A stretch of DNA of 64,000 nt from a virus: positions 1 through 64,000 of IMG/VR virus record IMGVR_UViG_3300028563_000018, one strand, 5' to 3'. Within the stretch, counting starts at the first letter, position 1; every line of letters begins with the position of its first letter. Below, piece by piece: positions 56,667-64,000 of the stretch. Position numbers and translations under genes: made by a program. The notes under the pieces are model-generated. The model did no database searches, was not told the origin of the DNA, and was given only the letters and a program-made list of their open reading frames with translations.

Positions 56667-58017
56667 CGTCCTCAACCTCGATGACGACATCTGGGGGTGC
56701 CGGAAGTGCAACCTGCGGGTTGAACGACGCGATCAACTCAGGTGTGATCTGGTCGATCGTGTAACCCTGGCCTTTGAGTTCCTGAATCGTCCGGGCCATC
56801 TGAACCTGGGGTGTCTCGACAGCCTGTGCACTGCCACCGACACTGATTGCCACCTTTGGCCCAGTGAATCGACCTGGAGCGAGGAGCTTCGCCATCGTCA
56901 CGCCCCGGTCGAACAGGCTGTTGGCGAGCCTCGTCACTTCCGGGTCGAGAGGAGTGCCGTCTTTGCCGCCGAACTCCACCTCAACATCAAGGGCGTGCTC
57001 GAGCCGTTCGGTGTGCACAGACAAGACCGCGCCCAGGCCGTCGATGACCTGGTCAGCGTCACGAGACCGAAACAGCTTGGCGAGCGAGGCCGTCTCAGAT
57101 TGAGGCAAGGAACACACCTGTCCGTCACGGAAGTACTTGCAACTTGGCGCCAAAGAGCACGTGTCGCAGTGGACTTTGTCGCCGACGGTAGCATTGACTT
57201 GTTTGCTCATGGGACTCAATGTCGTCGGAATCACATGATCTTTTGCGTCAGGATCCACGACAATCTTGCCGCGCGAGCGGAATGGAATGTCCTCCTTGAA
57301 ATGTTCAGCCGCCCATTCGGCACTCCGCATGTTGTAGAGCGTCCGGTTGCGTGGAACCTTCAGGTCCGCGTTCTTGAATCCGAGCAGCGCGATCCACTTG
57401 GCCCAGCGACCTACGTCCTTCTCGTGAATGCGTTTGCCGTTCGGCAGCATCACCATGTCGCCGCGACCGAGCTCGAAAGGATCCAGATCAATCGACTTGA
57501 AATCGAGCCCAAACATCACACGGAAACTCGCGAGACCCGTCATGTGCAATGTCGCCGTCGGGTATTCAGCTTGAAGATCGCGGATGGTCGAAGCAAACCG
57601 ACGACCGATGCCAAGTTGCATACCGGGAGCGCTGGTGATGACGACCCGGTGTTCCTGTCCGTAAACCGGACGTTCGTGCAGCCCACAACGAGTGTCGTTG
57701 CACGCAGCCCAATCGGCGCCCACGGGGGTTGCGATCAATTCCTCCAACGTGGCGATGTCGTCGAGCTTGTAATCCCACGTGGGATACACGGCTTTCGGCC
57801 TCGCTCGCGTCCAACCACGGCGTAGCTCGGCGGTCCCGTCAGGAGCGATGACGAGCATTCGATAGTCAAGGGGGGGCGCTAGAAAGAGATCGGCGAAGCG
57901 ATCGATGTCAACGCTGCGTCGCTCAAGAAAGCTCGCGTTGAACGCGAAGAGCGTTGCCCCGTGTTCCAGTGCCTCACGCACGTACGGTTCCGCGTTGCGG
58001 TACCAGACTTCCACCAT
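56635..58017 (-). CDS. large protein in the small-terminase position
   Basis: First gene of the late operon, overlapping terL; Cys cluster 'CDTC...C...C' and helical C-terminus. Confidence 0.5.
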   Translation of the reverse strand: MVEVWYRNAEPYVREALEHGATLFAFNASFLERRSVDIDRFADLFLAPPLDYRMLVIAPDGTAELRRGWTRARPKAVYPTWDYKLDDIATLEELIATPVGADWAACNDTRCGLHERPVYGQEHRVVITSAPGMQLGIGRRFASTIRDLQAEYPTATLHMTGLASFRVMFGLDFKSIDLDPFELGRGDMVMLPNGKRIHEKDVGRWAKWIALLGFKNADLKVPRNRTLYNMRSAEWAAEHFKEDIPFRSRGKIVVDPDAKDHVIPTTLSPMSKQVNATVGDKVHCDTCSLAPSCKYFRDGQVCSLPQSETASLAKLFRSRDADQVIDGLGAVLSVHTERLEHALDVEVEFGGKDGTPLDPEVTRLANSLFDRGVTMAKLLAPGRFTGPKVAISVGGSAQAVETPQVQMARTIQELKGQGYTIDQITPELIASFNPQVALPAPPDVVIEVEDDGEEPDDSEF

Positions 58018-58156
58018 TGCGACATTGTCGCGGGCTTGCGCTCTGTCTCGGAAACGTGCAGGGCGATCCAGAATAAAGATGTACCCCAGGCAGTTCCAGA
58101 TACAACGGTGCAGTGGTTACGTTGTGAACCCGGCATGCACGCTGGGTGAGGTTCGG

Positions 58157-58208
58157 AAAAAGAAAAGGGGCCAGGGGTGCCTGCCGGCAAGCGAACCACC
58201 CCTGGCCC
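58157..58208 (-). terminator. intrinsic terminator of sRNA-1
   Basis: 12-bp stem GGGCCAGGGGTG/CACCCCTGGCCC followed on the - strand by TTTTCTTTTT. Confidence 0.8.
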
Positions 58209-58248
58209 AACCCACAGCGAGCAGATCCGTAGATCCTCCTGCCGTGTC
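58157..58248 (-). ncRNA. candidate antisense sRNA-1 (terminated late-operon leader)
   Basis: Own promoter, 5' hairpin with cUACGg loop, terminator hairpin whose loop GUUCGCUUGCCGGCAGG is complementary to leader elements A-D. Confidence 0.75.
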
Positions 58249-58254
58249 CACGCA

Positions 58255-58283
58255 ATCATATTCTCAAGATGATGCCGTGACTA
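58255..58283 (-). promoter_or_regulatory. sigma-A-like promoter
   Basis: TAGTCA-N17-TATGAT on the - strand. Confidence 0.7.
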
Positions 58284-58332
58284 GCCAAGGATCTGTTACC
58301 AAACCACTCAACGTGGTCAACTAGGAACAGCC

Positions 58333-59061
58333 TTGAGTAATGATCTGGTCAACGCTCTGGCCCGCAGGTTCATTCATCGAACCGACGTGAAGGCTTGGCA
58401 ACACACCGATGGTGCGTACTACCCAGATCGCACCCCAATCACACGTGCCGATCTGAACGCGCACGTTGCAGGCACAAAGACTCTCGGCCACTACCTGCTC
58501 GGTACAGACAACAAGTGTAAATTCGCCTGCTTTGACATCGACCTGAACGTCGATGGTCTCTGGGACGGCGAACCCTACAAACCACGCGAAGAGTTCGCGA
58601 ACCCGGACAGTCCCTACCGAGAGGGCTTAATCGGTCAGCTCGCTTCGACGGCCGAAGTCTTGGCGCGCCATGCACACAAGATACTTGGTGTCGATGTAGC
58701 CATCTCGTTTTCCGGGGCGAAGGGCTGTCATGTTTACCTTTTGACCGGCCTGGACATCGCCGCCGACGTACGTGCTGCCGCGGTAACCGTGCTCGAAGCT
58801 GTCGGGCTTTGGCATCCCACGCGCGGCCAGAACTTCTACGGGAGTGACAACCCCGAGTCGGCATACACGATCGAGGTCTTTCCCAAGCAAGACACACTCG
58901 ATTCCAAGGATCTCGGAAACCTGCTCAGGTTGGCTCTCGGGATAAACCGTAAGTCTGGCAAGCCAGGACTCTTCCTGCGCGTCGGCGGCGGAAAGCGCGC
59001 CTCGTTCCACGCGATGGATCCCATTGCGGCGCTGAGCGGGGAACTGCCGTGGAAGAACTAA
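58333..59061 (+). CDS. archaeo-eukaryotic primase (prim-pol) domain protein
   Basis: 'CFDID', 'SGAKGCHVY', 'EVFPKQ...GNLLRL'. Confidence 0.8.
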   Translation: MSNDLVNALARRFIHRTDVKAWQHTDGAYYPDRTPITRADLNAHVAGTKTLGHYLLGTDNKCKFACFDIDLNVDGLWDGEPYKPREEFANPDSPYREGLIGQLASTAEVLARHAHKILGVDVAISFSGAKGCHVYLLTGLDIAADVRAAAVTVLEAVGLWHPTRGQNFYGSDNPESAYTIEVFPKQDTLDSKDLGNLLRLALGINRKSGKPGLFLRVGGGKRASFHAMDPIAALSGELPWKN

Positions 59062-60911
59062 CCGTCGCGCAGCGTCTAGCGCGAGCTCGCGAGCGAGGGC
59101 TCATCAAGGCTGTCCCTGAACCGACACCAGAGGTTCCCGACACTCTCGCTGACCTCGCCAAGACGGATCACGCCCGAGATGACGTCGATGTCGAGATCGA
59201 CGGCATCCTGAACATCGGCATCGACGAGGCCTACCGCAAATGGTGCGGCAAGTCTGAGCCGAACCTGACGGGCAAGCGCGAGTCGATCATGGTCTCGTGC
59301 CCGAAGCCCGACCATCTCGACAAGAACCCGTCGGCGTGGCTGAACCTCGACAAGGGCACGTGGTTCTGTGGGGGTTGCCAGGAGGGTGGGGACGGCTACG
59401 ACATCGCGGCCTACCACTTCGGCTACGCCGTGCCGGGCTACAAGCAGGGCGAGTCGTTCCGGAAACTGCGCGTCGACATGGCCAAGTCGCTCGGTTACAG
59501 AGTCAAGACGACCATCAGCGGCACAAGCTATGTCGACAACGAGCCAGAAGCGCGCCGTGACGACACGCCAGCCGCGCCGGCGCAGCTCGAGCAGGACTCC
59601 GACCAACAGCCTTCGGCGCAGATCATCGAGTTTCCACTACCACAGGAACTTCAGCCGCTTTCAATCGACTGGAAGAGCATCCTTCCGGCCGAGACGTTCC
59701 TCGCTCAATGGATGCAAGCCACCTCAGAGGACGACTTGCCCGAGGAGTATTACTTCTGGCTCGGCTTGATGGCGGTAGGGCTCGCTGCTGGCGACCAGGC
59801 GGTGCTCACCGACGACCCCTGGATCAAAGGCAACCTCTTCGTCTGTCTGTACGGCCCATCAGGAATCGGCAAGACCCGAGCAGCCTCGCGCCTCGTGCGC
59901 CTTTTGTCGAAGGCGCTACCTCACGACGATCAGGATCCCGCTAGCACAGGCACAATGCTTGTACCGATGCCCGGTTCTGCCGAAGCCCTCATTGACGCCT
60001 TCTCGAAACCCATCTTCGACCCGGCTGACCCTAAGAAGATCATCGGGTACGCAGGAGTTAGGGGTCTCGTTCGTTTCGACGAACTGTCATCTCTGATCGC
60101 TCGTTCCAATCGCGTCGGCAGTGCCATCAAGCCGACGCTCATGGAGTTCTTCGACAGCTACACCGCCGTTGACATCGTGAGCCGAGGAGCGGGCCGCGTC
60201 CGCGCCGAGCACCACTTCGCAGCCTCGGTCGCTTCTACCCAGCCAGGAGCGATTCGTGATCTCCTCGTTCAAACCGATGCTGACTCTGGATTCATCAACC
60301 GATGGGTCTTTGCTTCGGGACCGCTCAAGCCGCTCCGCTCATACCGAACCACGTCTATCGACATCGACCACTTGAAACAACCCCTCAATGAACTGCGTCA
60401 ATGGAGTTCATTGAGACATCACGAAATCAAGCTCGAGGGACCTGCGCTGAGCGTGTGGACTTCGTTCTTTCAATCAACGATCGAGCCGATCAGAGTCTCC
60501 AGCGATAAGCCACTCCTCACGAGGATTGACCTCCTGCTCAAGAAGATCATCCTTCTGTTCTGTATCAACGAGAAGAGCGATGCCCCCGACGCCGCGCTCG
60601 TCGAACGCGCGATCAGCCTGTTTCCGTACCTGGAGCGCAGCTACAACCTCCTTGTCGGCGAAATCGGAGTCGGCCCTCAACAGGACTGTCGCACGAAGAT
60701 TCTCGCCGCCGTCGAAACGATCCAAGCCAAGACAGGGAAGGGTGCAACCGTGCGACAGATACATCAACGCCTCGGGAAAAGATTCGCTCCCGACATGATC
60801 GTGCGAACGATCCGAGCGATGGAAGATCTCCGAGATATTCAAGAGGTCATTCAACAAGGAGCACGCGGCCCCAAGACGGTCGCCTACATGCTGGTCGGTA
60901 ACGATGCCTGA
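59049..60911 (+). CDS. primase-associated helicase-like protein (CHC2-type zinc finger + DUF3987-like P-loop)
   Basis: 'CPKPDHLDKNPS...WFCGGC', 'GPSGIGKT', 'FDELS', 'SGFINRW'. Confidence 0.75.
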   Translation: MEELTVAQRLARARERGLIKAVPEPTPEVPDTLADLAKTDHARDDVDVEIDGILNIGIDEAYRKWCGKSEPNLTGKRESIMVSCPKPDHLDKNPSAWLNLDKGTWFCGGCQEGGDGYDIAAYHFGYAVPGYKQGESFRKLRVDMAKSLGYRVKTTISGTSYVDNEPEARRDDTPAAPAQLEQDSDQQPSAQIIEFPLPQELQPLSIDWKSILPAETFLAQWMQATSEDDLPEEYYFWLGLMAVGLAAGDQAVLTDDPWIKGNLFVCLYGPSGIGKTRAASRLVRLLSKALPHDDQDPASTGTMLVPMPGSAEALIDAFSKPIFDPADPKKIIGYAGVRGLVRFDELSSLIARSNRVGSAIKPTLMEFFDSYTAVDIVSRGAGRVRAEHHFAASVASTQPGAIRDLLVQTDADSGFINRWVFASGPLKPLRSYRTTSIDIDHLKQPLNELRQWSSLRHHEIKLEGPALSVWTSFFQSTIEPIRVSSDKPLLTRIDLLLKKIILLFCINEKSDAPDAALVERAISLFPYLERSYNLLVGEIGVGPQQDCRTKILAAVETIQAKTGKGATVRQIHQRLGKRFAPDMIVRTIRAMEDLRDIQEVIQQGARGPKTVAYMLVGNDA

Positions 60912-61125
60912 GTACCTAGACATCCCCCAAGTAGCCGAGATGTTCGGCGTCAACCCACGCACCGTCTACAAGTGGACAGTCGAACGCAAGATTCCATTCT
61001 TCAAGCTGAACAAGATGATCCGGTTCAGCCGAACCGAGATCGAGGCGTGGCTCGAGCAGCATCATCACCGCGTGATCGATGAGACTACGTTGGCGGAACG
61101 TACAGACGTCCGACTCGATCACTGA
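60904..61125 (+). CDS. xis: excisionase-like HTH protein
   Basis: 'YLDIPQVAEMFGVNPRTVYKW...IPFFKL...IRF'; convergent with the integrase. Confidence 0.8.
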   Translation: MPEYLDIPQVAEMFGVNPRTVYKWTVERKIPFFKLNKMIRFSRTEIEAWLEQHHHRVIDETTLAERTDVRLDH

Positions 61126-62191
61126 ACGCTTCGTCTCCATGTGGGAACAGGTGCCCGTAGCGGTCGAGCACGAACGCCGCCGACGCATGCCCGGCACGCA
61201 GTGCGATCTCCGCTGGTGACACGTTGGCGGATATCCAGATCGACACCGCGGTGTGACGCAGAGCGTGCGGCGTGAGGGGCGCTAGGCCAGCCCTCACGGC
61301 TGCGGGGTTGAACGTCCGCGCTCGCCATGCGCTCGGCGTGATCCAGCCGCCCTGCGAGGCGTGAAAGACTAGATCGTCAGTGCCGCCGTGTTGCTCCTGG
61401 TGGGCTCGCAGGAGGTCGGTGACGGCCGAGGGGATCGGCACGCGTCGAGTCGAGCGTCTCGTCTTCGGAGGACCGAACGCTACGCGCCCTTTCACCTCTA
61501 CGAGGATCTCGCTCACCTGCACCGCGCTGGCATTGAAGTCGACCCGCGACCATTTGAGGCCGGCGAGTTCACTGATTCGCAGCCCTCCGTATGCGCCCAA
61601 CATGACGAGTGCGCTGTACTGCGGCTCGATGACACCTGCGAGCTTCGACACCTCCTCGGGCGTCAGGAATCGCATGTCCCGGTGCACGCGCTCGGGAAGC
61701 ATGATGTCTCGACAGGGATTTCGACTGAGCATCTGCGCCTGCACGGCGCCAGCAAGTGTCTTGTTGAGAATCTGGTAGCACAGTCGGACCGTATTCGCCG
61801 ACAACCCTTTCGCTACCAGGTCGTCGACTGCCGTCTGGATCGAACGCTGCGTGATCTCATCCAACCGCAGCTTGCCCAGCGCGGGCACCAGATGGTTCTT
61901 AAAGATGTGTGCGTGCTGAGCGCGCGTGTTTCCTCGCAGCGAGGGCGCCTGACTCACCTGGAACGCTGCGGCCCACGCGTCGAACTTCATGCGCGTGTTG
62001 CGCGGATCGGTCGCGGTGCCACGCTCGACGGCAAGCACGAGCTCGTGCTGCCAGTCGTCAGCGGAGCGCTTCGCCTCGCGGAGCCCGAACTTGCTCACAG
62101 AGAACCGCTTGGATCGTCTCGAGCCATCCGGCATACGAACGACACCCTTGAAGGCGCCGCGATCGTTCTCCACCCAACCGGAAGCTCGCAC
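61085..62191 (-). CDS. int: tyrosine integrase
   Basis: N-terminal arm domain; 'GLRISELAGLKW', 'PKT', 'HALRHT', 'AGH...RYGH'; GTG start 6 nt after a TACGAT -10 (leaderless). Confidence 0.92.
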   Translation of the reverse strand: MRASGWVENDRGAFKGVVRMPDGSRRSKRFSVSKFGLREAKRSADDWQHELVLAVERGTATDPRNTRMKFDAWAAAFQVSQAPSLRGNTRAQHAHIFKNHLVPALGKLRLDEITQRSIQTAVDDLVAKGLSANTVRLCYQILNKTLAGAVQAQMLSRNPCRDIMLPERVHRDMRFLTPEEVSKLAGVIEPQYSALVMLGAYGGLRISELAGLKWSRVDFNASAVQVSEILVEVKGRVAFGPPKTRRSTRRVPIPSAVTDLLRAHQEQHGGTDDLVFHASQGGWITPSAWRARTFNPAAVRAGLAPLTPHALRHTAVSIWISANVSPAEIALRAGHASAAFVLDRYGHLFPHGDEAFSDRVGRLYVPPT

Positions 62192-62202
62192 GGTCGCATC
62201 GT

Positions 62203-62466
62203 AGTGGGGGCAGAGTGGGGGCAAATCGCGTCGCGTGTAAATGCGGCGCGTTGTGCTACATCGTGCTCGGGTATCAAAAAGATCCGAGAAACACGGGATT
62301 TTTGTGCGCTAGATCGTGCAAGATCGTTTCATTCCGTGTGTCTGGAATGGGCGATATTCGATTGCATGTACTAACACTCCCCAAATCTCGGGATCGAGCC
62401 CTTGACCAGGGCTTTTACTGCCCTTTTACGGGTTCCACGGGGGATGTGGGGACAGAAATAGGGGCA
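62203..62466. other. probable attP with paired arm-type sites
   Basis: AGTGGGGGCA x2 (62203, 62214) and TGTGGGGACA/AATAGGGGCA (62445, 62457) flank an AT-richer non-coding stretch next to int. Confidence 0.6.
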
Positions 62467-62500
62467 GACTTGACGCGGTTCATACATTTTCCTCATGGGA

Positions 62501-62869
62501 ATGGACACGGCGAGGGAATGCCAGCGATGCCAGTACCGGTGGTGGGGCCAGCGTACGGCGTGGTCGCCGAAGCCCAGCGCCATCCTGCACGGAGCGCGAG
62601 CGAACACCGGGCTCGACTACCAGCGGCGCCAGTACGACGCGTTCAAGACCTGCCCCAACTGCGGCGCCACGAAGGTGCGGACGGTAGACAAAGAGGGTTT
62701 CATGCCGACCGGAGCGATCACACAGACACCAACCATCACCGCGACAGTTAGTAACGATGAATCCTTCATCGATCCTGCGCTCATCGAGAAGGCGATCGTC
62801 AAGCCCCGCAAGATGGGACGCCTGGAACGTCGCCTCTACGAGGCAGGCCGTCGCTCAGCTCGCGGTTAG
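62501..62869 (+). CDS. zinc-ribbon protein
   Basis: 'CQRCQYRW' and 'CPNCG'. Confidence 0.55.
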   Translation: MDTARECQRCQYRWWGQRTAWSPKPSAILHGARANTGLDYQRRQYDAFKTCPNCGATKVRTVDKEGFMPTGAITQTPTITATVSNDESFIDPALIEKAIVKPRKMGRLERRLYEAGRRSARG

Positions 62870-63826
62870 GCGCGCCGTCACTGCCTGAACCCACTCGCGC
62901 AACGCGTACGGGATCAAGTGGTGATACGCCTCGACTAGCTGAGCGAGAACGACAAGCTCGTCGGGTTCAGGAGTAGGTTCCGGTGGCACCGGGTCGGGAA
63001 CGGGCGGTACGGGATCCGGCGCAGGCGGCTCGGGCGTCGGCTCGGGCTCGGGCGTGGGTGCCGGTGGAACGGGGCTCGGTTCGGGCGCAGGTGGCTCGAC
63101 GGGCGCCGGAGGAGCAACGGGCGGCGGCACGTCCGTCGCATGCGGCAGCGCGCTCAGGTCGGCAAGCAGCGCAGCGTAGGCCGCGTCGCCCATGTCGTCC
63201 TTCGTGACGATGGCCCACGCTTCGTCGATACATGCCTTCCCCCACTCAAGCGTGTACTCCTGATCTGCGCCCCACGTGACGACCGTCTTCGGGCCATCGA
63301 CCGACTGCGACTTCACGAGTAAGATGCCGTGACCCTCACTCGGGTCAGCGGTCTCGCCGTTCGCGACGGTCCACGGCTTGCCGTCGGTGAAGAGTTGCTC
63401 AGCGTCGTCGGTCAGGCTCACGCCGAGCAAGATGCCGCGGTTGAACTCGGCCATGATCGGATCGACGGTTGCCGGCGCCACCGGTGCGAAGCCCTCGATG
63501 AGCTTCTGGTGGAACAGCCACAGCAAGAAGTCGGCGATGACGACGCCCTCGTCTTGATTCTTGTCGTACTTCATGTAGAGCGCGACGACTTCGTCGGTCG
63601 TCGGCGCCGCGCCAGCGAGCATGCGGTCGTGTGCGATGGCCGCAGGGACGCAGTCGCCGACCTGGTCGTTGCCGAGCATCCCCCAGTCGGTGATGCCCTT
63701 CGACACGTCGATCGGGTACGCCGGCGTCGGTGTCGCCTCCAGGTACTCGTGCATCCACTTGATCGCGAAGCGATCTTCGCCTTGGCGCTGCGGCTTGCGA
63801 CCCCTGAGACCTGGTGTGCGTGACAT
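62855..63826 (-). CDS. papain-like cysteine peptidase with Pro-rich linker
   Basis: 'GNDQVGDCVPAA', 'GHGILL', 'VVTWG'; PEP/PAP-rich linker. Confidence 0.6.
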   Translation of the reverse strand: MSRTPGLRGRKPQRQGEDRFAIKWMHEYLEATPTPAYPIDVSKGITDWGMLGNDQVGDCVPAAIAHDRMLAGAAPTTDEVVALYMKYDKNQDEGVVIADFLLWLFHQKLIEGFAPVAPATVDPIMAEFNRGILLGVSLTDDAEQLFTDGKPWTVANGETADPSEGHGILLVKSQSVDGPKTVVTWGADQEYTLEWGKACIDEAWAIVTKDDMGDAAYAALLADLSALPHATDVPPPVAPPAPVEPPAPEPSPVPPAPTPEPEPTPEPPAPDPVPPVPDPVPPEPTPEPDELVVLAQLVEAYHHLIPYALREWVQAVTARLTAS

Positions 63827-63859
63827 GCGAATCAGGTTGCCCTTCCTGCGCGCGCGTCT

Positions 63860-64000
63860 TCAAGCGTCTGCGTCGACCTTTTCGTTTGCTTCACGGAAGA
63901 GCACAACAGCAATAGCCGCGAGCACTGCGATGTCGAGCACGGAATCGTCAGCGCTCTCATTCGCAAGCTCGCCCTTCAGTGAGAACTGCCTCAGACGTTG
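63860..64000 (-). CDS. C-terminus of a DUF1599/Nmad1-like protein (partial; absent from the ORF track)
   Basis: QRLRQFSLKGELANESADDSVLDIAVLAAIAVVLF resembles the 'RL...ES..D...D.A.Y' pattern. Confidence 0.5.
   Translation of the reverse strand, partial: QRLRQFSLKGELANESADDSVLDIAVLAAIAVVLFREANEKVDADA

Noticed and set aside
58167-58227. Reading this copy as a fifth sense-strand leader element for the primase gene
   Set aside because: It lies ~110 nt from the primase start with no adjacent SD/ATG, while the - strand has a promoter and U-tract; better explained as the antisense RNA
62343-62362. att core as a tRNA-Val 3' end (TGGGCGATA)
   Set aside because: Match is only about 9 nt and the T-arm does not pair; cannot be supported without a search

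Overview
The whole window reads as one temperate, GC-rich siphovirus-type phage genome, most likely with an actinobacterial host (three WhiB genes). It has four blocks. (1) 1-30311, + strand, early/replication arm: MoxR-type AAA + CobT-like VWA pair, rIIA/rIIB, an Xer-like recombinase, SSB-like protein, SNF2 helicase, oligoribonuclease, beta clamp, RusA, DNA methyltransferase, PD-(D/E)XK nuclease and an epimerase/glycosyltransferase/methyltransferase cluster. (2) 30308-58017, - strand, virion operon from terminase to holin-like genes. (3) 58333-61125, + strand: primase, helicase-like protein, excisionase. (4) Integrase, a probable intact attP and a papain-like peptidase. The most striking signal is non-coding. 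A ~90-nt RNA (58248->58157, - strand) has its own sigma-A-like promoter and intrinsic terminator and lies upstream of the late operon. It is complementary to a conserved hairpin-loop + RBS-proximal element in the 5' leaders of four genes: major capsid, major tail, SSB-like and an acidic protein. A second candidate RNA (13417-13517) is complementary to a CCAACCCGACA box found just upstream of six early-gene start codons. A third, 6C-like RNA and a tRNA-like minihelix are also visible. Together they suggest a multi-target antisense-RNA cascade controlling phage development. Product calls come from motif recognition by eye; no database searches were run.
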